From: Candidatus Stammera capleta
Lineage (GTDB): Bacteria > Pseudomonadota > Gammaproteobacteria > Enterobacterales > Enterobacteriaceae
Reading direction: 5' to 3'
Assembly: GCA_036689495.1 (NCBI GenBank)
Contig: CP144840.1
Span: forward strand, 46,560 to 110,559
DNA: 64,000 bases
A model generated the notes under the pieces. It searched no databases. It worked only from the letters and a program-made list of their open reading frames with translations, and had not been told where the DNA came from. Below, one piece after another: positions 25,793-39,599 of the stretch. The position numbers and the translations under genes are program-made. The first letter of the stretch is position 1. Each line of letters opens with the position of its first letter.

Positions 25793-26515
25793 ATGGAATT
25801 TTATTTTAAATATTTAATTGTTAAGCATATATATATTGCTTATTTCTTAATTTTTTTAGTTTCTTTTTTAGAATCTCTAGCTTTTATAGGTTTTGTAATA
25901 CCTAGTAGCATCGTAATGTTTTTAATAGGTTTTTTTGTAGGTAAAAAAGACATTAGTTTTTATTACTCGTATAGTTTAATAGTTTTAGGTTGTAATTTAG
26001 GAGATATTGTCTCTTATTATATGGGTGTTTATTATAGGGAATATTTATATTTTTTCCGAAAAAAAATATCTAGCTATGTAAATGTTTTTGAATATATATT
26101 TAAATATTTTAAAAAAAATTCTTATTTTTTAATAATTTTTGGTAAATTTACTGGTCCTATTAAGTCATTTTTCTTTTTTATTTCTGGTATGTTAGGAATA
26201 CCAATTAGTAAAATTATTTTACCAAATTTTTTAAGTACTTTATTATGAGCTTTTTTTTTCCTTATACCTGGTATGTTATCAGGTGTAGCGCTAATATTAC
26301 CTAATAATTTTTCTTTTAAAGTTAATTTATTTAATTTTATATTTTTATTTATTATTAGTGTTTATATATTTTATAAATGATTAAATATATATAAAAATTT
26401 TTCTAGATTTTTTTATATTGTTTTTATGTTTTTATGTATGAAACATTTGTTAATTTTAGTTAATAGTGAAATGTTTTATTTATTTATTAAATTAATATAT
26501 AGAATTTTTTTCTAA
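25793..26515 (+). CDS. DedA-family inner-membrane protein
   Basis: ORF 25793..26248 continues across two TGA to TAA at 26513-26515. Polytopic. FLESLAFIGFVIPS and GK.TGP.KSF are DedA/SNARE-associated-like patterns. Confidence 0.55.
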
Positions 26516-26521
26516 AATTCG

Positions 26522-29341
26522 TTATATAAATTTTCTTTTTTCTCCTTTACCAATTATATTTGTTATACATCTTTTGCATATATTTGGATAATTTACGTTA
26601 TTATTTATTTTACTTACATAGTGTCAGCATCTTGCACATTTTATACCTGAATTTTTTTTACATTTTATTTTAAAAAAATTTTTTTTATTTAAATTATTTT
26701 TTAATTTAATATTTAATTTTGAAGTTAAGAAAAAAAATTTTAATTCTGATTTTATTTTTTTTATTTTTTTTAAAAAAGTTTTTTCTAAATATAATGTAAT
26801 AGTAGTTTCTAGAGTAGATTTTATTTTTTTTTTATATTTTAGTATTTCTATTTTTTTATTTAAATTATTTTTGATTTTTATAAGTTTTTCTCATATTTTA
26901 ATATTTATATGATTATTTTTATTTATATAAGATAATTTTTGGTATCAAGTTTCTTGATATATTGTAAAAGGTTTTTTTCTAGGTAAATATTTTCATATTT
27001 CTTCTACTGTAAAAGATAATATAGGTGCTATTCATTTTATTATTGTTTCTATTAATATTCATAAAGTAGTTTGAGTACTTAAATAGGGTATAGTATTTTT
27101 TTTAATTGTATATTTTCTATCTTTAATAACATCTAAATATATTGAACTTAAATATGAATTAAAAAATTTTAATATTTCTTTAATTACTTTATAAAATTTA
27201 AATTTTTTATATAATTTAATTATTTTACATTGTGTTTCTTTGGTTTTATGAATAATTCATTTATCTAAAAGTAATCTTTTTTTTGGTAATACATAATCTT
27301 TTTCAGGATCAAATTCATCTAAATTTGATATTATAAATTTAATAATATTTCTTATTTTTCTATATTTTTCACTAATTTGTAAAATAATATCATTAGATAT
27401 ATGTATTTCTTTTGTAAATTTAGTTGATGCTACTCATAATCTTAATATATCTGCTCCATAATTATTTATTATTATTTGAGGATTTATATAATTTTTTAGT
27501 GATTTAGACATTTTTTTTCCTTTTTCATCTACTATAAATCCATGTGTTAATATTTCTTTGTATGGAGCACAATTATTAATTGCAGTATTTAATATTAAAG
27601 AAGACATAAATCATCCTCTATATTGATCTGAACCTTCAATATATAAATCTATATGACTTTGTTTCTTTTTAAATTTAGTATTCATTATTGAGTAACAAGT
27701 TGCTCCAGAATCAAATCATACATCTAATACATCTAATACTTTAGAATATTTTTTTTTATTTACTCCTAATTTTTCAGGTTTAATATCTAATCAATAATTA
27801 GGACCATATTTTTCTATTTTAGAAGATACTATATCAATTAATTTTAATGTTTTAGGATGTATTTTATTATTTTTTTTATTTATAAATATTGGCATTGGTG
27901 TTCCTCAATGACGTTGTCTTGATATACACCAATCTGGTCGATTAATTATCATATTTTTAATTTTTTTATATCCCCATATAGGATTTCATTTAACTTTTTT
28001 AATTGATTTTAATATTTTTTTTTTAAATTTTTTATTTTTTAAATTTATAAATCATTGAGGAGTAGTTCTAAGAATTATAGGTTTTTTATGTCTTCAACAG
28101 TAAGGATATTTATGTATAATTTTTTCTTGAAATATAATTTTTTTTTTTTTAATTAATTTTTTTAAAATTTTTTTTTCAGCTTGATTTAATTTATATTTTT
28201 GAATATTTTTAATATATGAATATTTTATATATTTACCATTATTTTTAATAACGTTTAATCCTTTAATATTATTTTTTTTAGATAAATAAAAATCTTCTTC
28301 TCCATGTTCAGATGCTATATGTACTATACCTGTTCCAGTATTAGAAATAATTTTTTTATCAAATATAATAGGTGTTTTAATTTTAGATATAGGATGTATA
28401 GCAAAAAAATTTTTAAATTTTTTTCCTTTAATAATTTTTATTGTTTTATTTTTTTTTTGAATTTTTTTTAAAAAAAATTTTTTTTGTTTTTTAGATATTA
28501 TAAAAATTTTTTGGTTAAATTTAATTAAACAATATTTTAAATTTGGATGTATAGATATAGCACAATTACCTGGTATAGTTCAAGGTGTAGTAGTTCATAT
28601 AATAAAATTAATTTTTTTATTTATTGTATTTTTATTTAAAATATTATTTTTTAATAAGAATTTTTTAGGTGAATAAAATTTAAAAATTAAGTATATACTT
28701 TTAGATGTTTTATTTTTATATTCTATTTCTGCTTCTGCAATTGAAGAATTACATTTTAAACATCAATTTGTAGGTTTTTTTTTCCTTTTTAAAAGTTTTA
28801 ATTGAATAATTTTTTTTAATACATGTATAGTATTTGAAATTGTTTTAAATTCCATTGTTTTATAATAATTTTTTCAATCTGCTATTACACCTAATCTTAT
28901 AAAATCTTTTTTTTGTTGTTTTATTTGTTTTAAAACATATTTTGTACATTTATGTTTAAATTTTTTAATTTTATTAATAGATTTTTTTTTATTTTTGTAT
29001 TTTTTGATAATTTCTAATTCTATTGGTAAACCATGACAATCTCATCCTGGAATAAATGGAGTATCTAAATCCATAAAATTTTTATATTTTAGTATTATAT
29101 CTTTTAATATTTTATTAAAAGCATGTCCAATATGGATTTTACCATTTGCATATGGAGGTCCATCATGAATAATAAATTTTTTTTTATTTGTTTTACTTTC
29201 TCTAATTTTTTTATATAAATTATTTTGTTTTCATTTTTGTAATATTTTTGGTTCTTGTATAATTAAATTTCCTTTCATAGGAAAATTTATTTTAGGTAAA
29301 TTAATAGTTTTTTTATAATTTATTTTTTGATTATTTTTCAT
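26522..29341 (-). CDS. ileS: isoleucine--tRNA ligase
   Basis: My own minus-strand table-4 translation, about 939 aa: [23 protein letters not shown] (HIGH), [18 protein letters not shown] (KMSKS), and a C-terminal CARCW-HY...CKRC zinc-finger-like end. Entirely absent from the ORF track because of dense TGA. Confidence 0.93.
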
Positions 29342-29498
29342 TTATTTAATATATATTATTATTAGAGATTTTAAAAAGATTTTTTTTAAATATTATTGAT
29401 AAGTATATCTTAAAAATTTTGTTTTTAAAATATTCATATTTTAAATTATATTAATAAATTTATATTAATATATTATTCTATAAAAAGTTATTATTATA

Positions 29499-29526
29499 GT
29501 TGATATTTTTTAGTATAGCCATATAT
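29499..29526 (+). promoter_or_regulatory. candidate sigma-32-type promoter upstream of dnaK
   Basis: GTTGATA (29499-29505), a 12-nt gap, then GCCATATAT (29518-29526), compared with the consensus CTTGAAA / CCCCATNT. This is the only G/C-containing island in the 226-nt spacer. The spacing is 1-2 nt short of the E. coli dnaK and groE promoters. Confidence 0.25.
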
Positions 29527-29564
29527 ATTATATATATATATAATTTTTATAAATTTTGAGGTAG

Positions 29565-31466
<1,902 letters not shown>

Positions 31467-31504
31467 TCTAATATTTTATTGTTTATTAGAGGGACATAAT
31501 ATAT

Positions 31505-32629
31505 ATGTCAGGTAAAAATTATTATGATATTTTAGGTGTTTCTAAAACAGCTGAAAATATTGATATTAAGAAAGCATATAAACGGTTAGCTATTAAATAT
31601 CATCCTGATAGAAATAAAGGAGATAAAGTTTCTGAAGAAAAATTTAAAGAAATTAAAGAAGCTTATGAAATTTTAATTGATAAAAAAAAACGTGCTATGT
31701 ATGACCAATATGGAAATTCTGCTTTTACACAAAGTGGATATTCTTATGATAATGATTTTCATAATTCTTCTGATTTTGGTGATATATTTGGAGATATTTT
31801 TGGAGATATTTTTAGTTCTAAAAAAAGTAAATCTTCTAATAAAAATTTAGATGTATTATATAGTATAAATTTAAATTTAGAAGATGTAGCTAAAGGTATT
31901 TCAAAGGAATTTAAAATTCATATAATACAAAAATGTAGTATTTGTAATGGTAGTGGTTGTAAACCTGGTACACAACGTAAATTATGTAGTACATGTAGAG
32001 GAACAGGAAATTTAAAAACAAGTCAAGGTTTTTTCACTATACAACAAACTTGTCCTTCTTGTAAAGGTGAGCGTTATATAATAAATGATATATGTTATAT
32101 ATGTAGAGGTAGTGGTACAGAAAAATCTTATAAAAATATTTTTGTAAAAATACCTGCTGGTATTAATAATGGTGATCGTATACGTTTAGTAGGTAAAGGT
32201 AATTATTCTGGAAATGGTAGTTTTGGAGATTTATATATTGAAATTAAAATAAATAAACATCCTATTTTTGTTAGAGAAAAAAATGATTTATATTGTGAAG
32301 TACCAATAAATTTTTCTTTAGCCGCTTTAGGTGGTGTAATTAAAGTACCTACTTTAGATGGAGGTATAAAATTAAATATACCTTCAGAAACTCAAACAGG
32401 TAGATTATTTCGTATTAGAAATAAAGGAATTAAATTTATTAATAATAATTATTATGGAGATTTATTATGTAGAGTTTTAGTAGAAACTCCTATAAATTTG
32501 AATAAATATCAAAGAAAATTATTATATAATTTAGGTCTTACTTTAATAGAAAGCGAAAATATTAATAATCCTAAAACTAAAAGTTTTTTTGAACGTGTAA
32601 AAAAATTTTTTGATAATTTAACGCATTAA
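31505..32629 (+). CDS. dnaJ: co-chaperone DnaJ
   Basis: J-domain YHPDRNKGD, G/F region DFGDIFGDIFGDIF, and four CxxCxG zinc motifs. 374 aa. Confidence 0.97.
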   Translation: MSGKNYYDILGVSKTAENIDIKKAYKRLAIKYHPDRNKGDKVSEEKFKEIKEAYEILIDKKKRAMYDQYGNSAFTQSGYSYDNDFHNSSDFGDIFGDIFGDIFSSKKSKSSNKNLDVLYSINLNLEDVAKGISKEFKIHIIQKCSICNGSGCKPGTQRKLCSTCRGTGNLKTSQGFFTIQQTCPSCKGERYIINDICYICRGSGTEKSYKNIFVKIPAGINNGDRIRLVGKGNYSGNGSFGDLYIEIKINKHPIFVREKNDLYCEVPINFSLAALGGVIKVPTLDGGIKLNIPSETQTGRLFRIRNKGIKFINNNYYGDLLCRVLVETPINLNKYQRKLLYNLGLTLIESENINNPKTKSFFERVKKFFDNLTH

Positions 32630-33862
32630 ATTATTATATATAGGAAATTGTTTACATATTTTTTTAATTTTTTTTTTAGTTTTTTTGATTATTTTTTGAT
32701 TATTTATATTATTAAGTATATTACAAATAAGTTTTGTAATTATTTTAATTGTATGTTTTTTAATTTTTCTATATGTTATACATGTTGTACCTATTCTTAT
32801 ACCAGATGTAATAAATGGTTTTTTATTATCATCTGGTATACAATTTTTATTTACTATAATATTAGCTAAATTAAGTTTTTTTTCAGCTTGTATACCAGAA
32901 ATATTTTTGTTAGTTAGATTTATTACAAATAAATGTGTATCTGTACCATTAGAAATAATTTTAAAATTATTTTTTATAAATTTTTTACACATATATTGAG
33001 AATTTTTTATAATTTTTTTTTGATATGTTATAAATTTTGGTTGTGATGCTTCTTTAAAACATATAGCTTTTGCTGCTATTATATGCATTAATGGTCCACC
33101 CTGTATACCAGGAAATACAGATGAATTTATTTTTTTATATAATTCAATATTATTTCCTTTAGCTAATATTATACCTCCTCTAGGACCACACAGAGTTTTA
33201 TGTGTAGTAGAAGTTACTATATCTGCATATAGTAATGGGTTTGGGTATATTTTAGCAGCTACTAAACCTGCAATATGTGCCATATCTATTAATAAATAAC
33301 TATTATATATATTTGCTATATATTTAAATTTTTTTCAGTTACATATTCTAGAATATGAGGTAAAACCAGCTATTATTAATTTAGGTCTATATTTTTTACA
33401 TAAATATTCTATATTGTTATAGTCTATTTTTTCTTTTTTATTTAAATAATAAAATTTAGTATTATATATTTTACCTGAAATATTTATTTTTTCTCCATGA
33501 GTTAGATGTCCTCCATGATTTAATTTTAAACTTAATATAGTATCTTTTGGTTTTAAAATTGCATTATAAATAGCTAAATTTGCTTGTGATCCTGAATGTG
33601 GTTGTACATTAACATAATCTGCTTGAAATAATTTTTTTGCTCTTTTAATAGCTATATTTTCTATTTTATCTATATATTTACATCCTCCATAGTATCTTTT
33701 TTTATAATATCCTTCAGCATATTTATTTGTTAATATTGAACCTTGAGCTTTCATTACATCAATACTAGCATAACTTTCTGAAGCTATTAAATTTAAGTTT
33801 GATTCTTGTCTTTTTTTTTCTAATTTAATTAATTTTAAAATTTTATCTTTTTTTTTTTCCAT
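32618..33862 (-). CDS. glyA: serine hydroxymethyltransferase
   Basis: Fragments 33335..33862 and 32618..33283 share a frame across TGA. Contains [24 protein letters not shown] and [14 protein letters not shown]. Confidence 0.96.
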
Positions 33863-34784
33863 TTTTTTTATTTTTATAAGCTTGTAAATATATTATATCT
33901 AATATAATATTGGCTGCTGTTAATGATGTAATTCCTGATTTATCATATATAGGACTAACTTCTACTAGATCAAATCCTATAATATTTATTTTAGTAAGTT
34001 TTCTTATAATTTTTAATATTTTATATATTGTAATTCCTCCTATAACTGGAGTACCTGTACCTGGGGTATAAGAAGGATCTATACAATCTATATCAAAAGT
34101 TATATATGTAGGTAAATTTTTAGTAATATTTATTATTTTATTTATAATTTTTCTAGTTGATCTATTATTTACTTTTTCTGCATTAATTATTTTAATTTTA
34201 TTTTTTTTTTTTATATATGTTCTTATTCCTATTTGTATAATATTTTTAGTTGCAATTAGTTTTTCTTTTATTATTTGATATATTATAGAACCATGATCAT
34301 ATGGATTATTTTCATAATATATATCTGTATGTGCATCAAAATGTATAAGGCACATATTTTTATAAAAATTTTTATATATTCTTAATATTGGTAAAGTTAT
34401 ATAATGATCTCCTCCAATAAATATTATATTTTTTTTTATTTTTAGTAAATTTGTAACTATTTTACTAATTTTTTTATTTAAATTTTCTATATTACCTGGT
34501 TTATATATTAAATCTCCTCCATCAATAACTTTAATATATTTTTTTAATAATATATTTCATGGTCATTTTTTTTTTTCTCAGCATAAATTAATTGATTCTT
34601 TTCTTATATCAGTAGGAGCTAATTTGCTACCTGGTCTACCAGTACTACTAATTTCACATGGTATACCAATAATAATAGTATCAAATATATCTTTAGAAAA
34701 ATATTTTTCTTTTATTATTAAAGGAAATCTCATAAAACCAAATAAATTAGATATTAAAGATATGTCTTTTTGAATTATTTTCAT
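33843..34784 (-). CDS. speB: agmatinase
   Basis: Fragments 34578..34784 and 33843..34355 share a frame; I checked the gap codon by codon and found three TGA and no TAA/TAG. Contains GGDH, HFDAHTD and [16 protein letters not shown] (ureohydrolase Mn sites). Overlaps the glyA start by 20 nt. Confidence 0.9.
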
Positions 34785-34785
34785 A

Positions 34786-36585
34786 TTATTCTAGATAAGT
34801 TTTATATTTTAAAATTTTTTTTAATTTTTTATATATTTTTTTATTTATTTTTTTTTTTAAAAAAATATTAATTTTATTTTTTTTTATTTGTGTATATTTT
34901 AACATTTTTTGAATATTATCGTATTTATTAATAAAAAAACTTTTATTTTTTTTTTTTTTTTTTATATATACTAATAATGTTTCTATTTTACCAAATAAAT
35001 TATGTATATTACTTAATATATTTTGATAAGCTCCTATCATAAAAAATACTATTTCAGGTAAATATTTGTTTTTATATTTCGGAATTTTTAATGTATTACT
35101 AATTTTTTTTTTATTTATATATTTATTTATTTTACCATCTGAATCACATGTAATGTCTAATATATGTATATTTTGTGTTTTTTTATTATTTAATCCTTTT
35201 ATAGGAGATATAGGAAAAATTTGTTTTATACCTCAACTATCTGGTAAAGATTGAAATAAAGAAAAATTTATATGTATTTTGTTAGAGATATATAAATTTA
35301 TATATTTTTTTTTTTTTTTATTCTTTATAATTTTATTTTTTTTAATATATATTAATATATTATTGTATATTTTTTCTATTAAAGATTTTTCAATTATATT
35401 TAATTTTGTTGATTGGTGATATTTTTTAATTTTTTTTAATTTTTTAAATATTTTTTTTTCGTTTATGTATATATTATTTTTAATTTTATTTCATAAATTT
35501 AAATATTTTATTATTTTTTTTTTTGAAATATAATTATTATTAACTAATGTTTTAGATATATTTTTAATTTTATTATTTTCTATATTAACTATATTAGTAA
35601 TTAATATACTATGATGAGCTGTGATAAATCTTCCAGATTCAGTAAATATTTTAGGAATAGGTACTTTATATTTATTACATAATGAAGAGATTATTTTTAA
35701 TATTTTAGATGTATATAAATCTAAATTGTAATTAATACAAGATTTTTTATTATAGTAATTAACAGCTAGTCCACCACCGAAATCTAAATATTTAATTTTA
35801 ATTTTAAGTATTTTATATAAATCTATATATATTTTTACAAATTCTTTAAAATTATTTTCTAAATATTTTATATTATTTATTTGTGATCCTATATGACAAT
35901 GTAATAAATTTAATTTATTAATTAATTTTTTTTTTTTTAATATTTTTATACAATTTATTATTTGTGATGTATTAAGACCAAATTTAAATTGTGATTTATT
36001 TTTTTTGTTATCAAATTCTAAATAATTTAATTTAATTCTTATTCCAATATTTAAATTATTTTTTTTTATATGTTTTATTATTAAAAATGTTTCTTGAATT
36101 TTTTCTATTACTAAAAATACTTTATGACCTATTTTTGTAGCTATTTTAGCTAAAAAAATATATTTTTTATCTTTATAACCATTACATAATATTTTAATTT
36201 TTTTATTTGCATGTACTAAAATAGTCATTAATTCTGCTTTAGATCCTGATTCTAAACCTATTTTATATTTAGTATTTTTTAATATATATTTAATTACATA
36301 TGCTTCTTGATTAACTTTTATAGGATATATTAAATAATATTTAGTATTTAAATTATGTAATTTTATGTTCTTATTAAATGAATTATTAATTAATTTTATT
36401 CTATCTTTAATAATTTGTGGAAAAGATATTTTAATAGGTAATTTTTTTTTATTAATAATTTTTTTAAGTTCTAAATATTTTTTTTTTTTATAATTTATAC
36501 ATACATTTATATTACCTTTTTTATTTATATAAAAATATTTTTCTTTATATTTTTTTTCTTTTTGTTTTTTTTTATTAATATTCAT
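34786..36585 (-). CDS. speA: biosynthetic arginine decarboxylase
   Basis: Fragments 35491..36585 and 34786..35040 share a frame; the 450-nt gap is open when checked. Contains YPIKVNQ, FSLFQSLPDSW-GI.Q.FP, LDITCDSDG and FFMIGAYQNILSNIHNLFG, matching E. coli SpeA. Confidence 0.9.
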
Positions 36586-36723
36586 TATTTATATTTAAAT
36601 TTATGAAATTAGTTTTCACAATTATTAATTGTTAATGTATACTTATTTAATCAATTATATTATTTATTTTAGATTATTTTATAATAAAATTATTTGTTTA
36701 ATCTATTGGAGATTTAAAATATA

Positions 36724-37881
36724 ATGAATTTATATTATTTTACTTCTGAATCAGTTTCAGAAGGTCATCCAGATAAAATCGCTGATCAAATATCTGATGC
36801 TATTTTAGATTTTATTATTTCTAAAGATAAATTTGCTAAAGTTGCTTGTGAAACTTATATTAAAAATAATATTGTTATAGTTGGAGGTGAAATAAATACA
36901 TCTGTATCTTTAAGTATAGAAAATATTGTTAGAAATACTATCAAAGATATAGGTTATATAAACCCAAATGATTTTTTTAATTTTAATTCTTGTGTAATAA
37001 TTAATATTATAAGTCAACAATCTTTAGATATATATATGGGTATTAAAAAAGATAAATTTTCTAATCAAGGTGCTGGAGATCAAGGAATAATGTTTGGTTA
37101 TGCTTCAAATGAAACTGATGTTTATATGCCAGCTCCTATTTTATATGCTCATGGTTTAGTAAAAAGACAATCTGAATTAAGAAAAAATAAAGTTTTATCT
37201 TGATTATGTCCTGATGCTAAAAGTCAAGTAACATTTATATATGATAATAATGTAATTATAGGTATAGATACAGTAGTATTTTCTACACAGCATTTAGATT
37301 ATATTTCTTATAATGAATTACAAGAAGCAGTAATGGAAGAAATTATATTTTATGTATTACCTAAAAAATGATTAAATAAAAAAACTAAATATTTTATTAA
37401 TCCTACAGGTAGATTTGTTATTGGTGGACCTATGGGAGATTGTGGTTTAACAGGAAGAAAAATAATTGTTGATACTTATGGAGGTATTTCTAGACATGGT
37501 GGAGGAGCATTTTCTGGTAAAGATCCTTCTAAAGTTGATAGATCTGGAGCATATATGGCTAGGTATGTAGCTAAAAATATTGTTGCAGCTGGTTTAGCAG
37601 ATAAATGCGAAATACAAATTTCTTATGCTATTGGTGTAGCATTACCAGTATCTGTTATGATAAATACTTTTGGTACAGAAAAAGTTTTATTAAAAGATTT
37701 ATTAAAAGCAATAAATATTTTTTTTGATTTAAGACCTGGAAAAATTATTAAAGATTTAAATTTATTAAATCCTATATATTATAGGACTGCATCTTATGGA
37801 CATTTTGGTAGAGAAGAATTTCCATGAGAAAAAATTGATAAAGTGAATTTTTTATTAGATTTTTTTAAAATTAAAAATTAA
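36724..37881 (+). CDS. metK: S-adenosylmethionine synthase
   Basis: [24 protein letters not shown]...[12 protein letters not shown]...[11 protein letters not shown]...[30 protein letters not shown]...[11 protein letters not shown]. Every TGA aligns with Trp in E. coli MetK. Confidence 0.97.
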
Positions 37882-38485
37882 TTTGTTTATTCACAATACT
37901 TATCATATATTTTGCTTCTGGATATATAACTTTAATATTTTTTTTACTTATTAGAAAATTTAATATTTTCTTTTTTGATTGTAATTTATTAGTTATTATT
38001 AATTTTTTAGTTTTATATATTTTTTTTATTATCTTTTTTAAAGATATATTTTGTTTATATACTAAATTATTATTTTTTATATAACATAGATGAATATCTA
38101 TTATTGAATTATATATTAAAATATAATATTTTTTTATTTTTATATATTTTTTTATTTTATTAATTTTTTCTTTTATAATATTAAAAGTATTTATTTTAAT
38201 TAATTTAAAATTTTTATATCTTAAAGAGAATGTTTGTGCTATATTTAAAGTTATATTTTTACTTATTATACTTCCAGGACCATTATTAATTATAAAGTAA
38301 TGGATTTTATTTAAATTAATATTATTTTTTTTTATAATTTTATTTATTAGTACTAATATATTTTGATTATTATTTTTTATGTTTATTTTTTTTTTAGTAA
38401 ATATTTTTTTTTTATATTGTATAGCTACTGAACGTAATTCAGTAGAAATATCTATAGATAAAATATTTTTATTTTTCATAGTCAT
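37871..38485 (-). CDS. tsaB: tRNA t6A37 biosynthesis protein TsaB (YeaZ-like)
   Basis: ILSIDISTELRSVAI...INNGPGSIISKNITLNIAQTFSL resembles TsaB (ILAIDTST...GPGSFTG.RIG..AQGLA). 204 aa. Confidence 0.65.
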   Translation of the reverse strand: MTMKNKNILSIDISTELRSVAIQYKKKIFTKKKINIKNNNQNILVLINKIIKKNNINLNKIHYFIINNGPGSIISKNITLNIAQTFSLRYKNFKLIKINTFNIIKEKINKIKKYIKIKKYYILIYNSIIDIHLCYIKNNNLVYKQNISLKKIIKKIYKTKKLIITNKLQSKKKILNFLISKKNIKVIYPEAKYMISIVNKQINF

Positions 38486-38529
38486 TTAATTAATTTATAA
38501 TAAAAATTTATATTTTGTCAAATAATAAT

Positions 38530-39576
38530 ATGAAAAAAATTAATTTATTAGATTTAGATAGAAATATGATGGAAATTTTTTTTTTAAATTTGGGTGAAAA
38601 AAAATTTGTTGTTGATCAAATTATGCATTGAATTTATAAAAAATTTTGTTTTAATTTTTCTTCAATGAATAATATTAGTAAAAAATTAAGAAATAAATTA
38701 TTAATTTTATGTGAAATTAAATTACCTAAAATTTTTGATATTAAATATTCTATTGATGGAACAATTAAGTTAGTTTTAAATGTTAATAATGATTTAATTG
38801 AAACTGTATATATACCTGAAAAAAATAGAAAAACTTTATGTATTTCTAGTCAAGTAGGTTGTCCTATAAAATGTAGTTTCTGTGCTACAGGAAAAATGAA
38901 ATTTAAAAGAAATTTATTAGTTTCAGAAATTATAGGACAAATTTTATTAGTAATAGTTTTTCTTAAAGAAAATAATTTTTTAGTTAAATATGATAAATAT
39001 ATTACTAATATTGTTTTTATGGGAATGGGAGAACCTCTATTAAATTTTGATAATGTTATAAATTCTATAAAAATTATGATAGATTATAGTGGTTTTTTTT
39101 TTTCAAAAAAAAAAATTGTATTATCTACTTCTGGTATTGTACCTTCTATTTATAAATTAATTGGAATAATTGATGTTATTATTACTTTATCTCTTCATGC
39201 TCCTAATAATTTATTAAGAAGTAAAATTATGTCTATTAATAATAGATACAATTTATATGATATACTTAAAGCAATGAATATTTATATAAAAAAATCTAAA
39301 TCCAATAAAGGTAAATTAAATATTGAATATATTATGTTACATAAGGTTAATGATAGTTATGAGTGTGCTAAACAATTAGTAGATTTACTTAAATTTTTTT
39401 CTGTTAAAATTAATCTTATACCATATAATTGTATATATGGTAGTTTTTATACTAAAAGTAGTAATGAAAGGATACTATTTTTTCATAATTATCTTAAAAA
39501 AAAAAATATTTTTTCTTTTATTAGAAAGACTAGAGGTTTAGATATTAATGCTTCATGTGGACAATTATATAAATAA
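38530..39576 (+). CDS. rlmN: 23S rRNA/tRNA m2A methyltransferase RlmN (radical SAM)
   Basis: ATG at 38530, in frame with ORF 38665..39576 across TGA. INLLDLDRNMMEIFF..LGEKKFVVDQIMHW-IY matches the E. coli RlmN N-terminus. Contains the CPIKCSFC cluster and GMGEPL. Confidence 0.9.
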
Positions 39577-39599
39577 TATTAATTAATAGTTCAATTTTT

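Noticed and set aside
29521-29546. A (TA)n-like microsatellite, ATATATATTATATATATATATAAT, upstream of dnaK.
   Set aside because: This is low-complexity sequence typical of every spacer in the window. It contains TATAAT strings, but these carry no information at this base composition.
31770-31815. A triple tandem GDIF repeat (DFGDIFGDIFGDIF) in dnaJ.
   Set aside because: This is the normal G/F-rich linker; E. coli DnaJ has DIFGDVFGDIF at the same place. It is not a novel repeat.
36586-36723. A near-palindrome, CAATTATTAATTG, in the speA/metK divergent spacer, considered as a possible operator (a MetJ-like site).
   Set aside because: It is imperfect, has no similarity to the met-box (AGACGTCT) consensus, and is indistinguishable from background A/T-rich symmetry.
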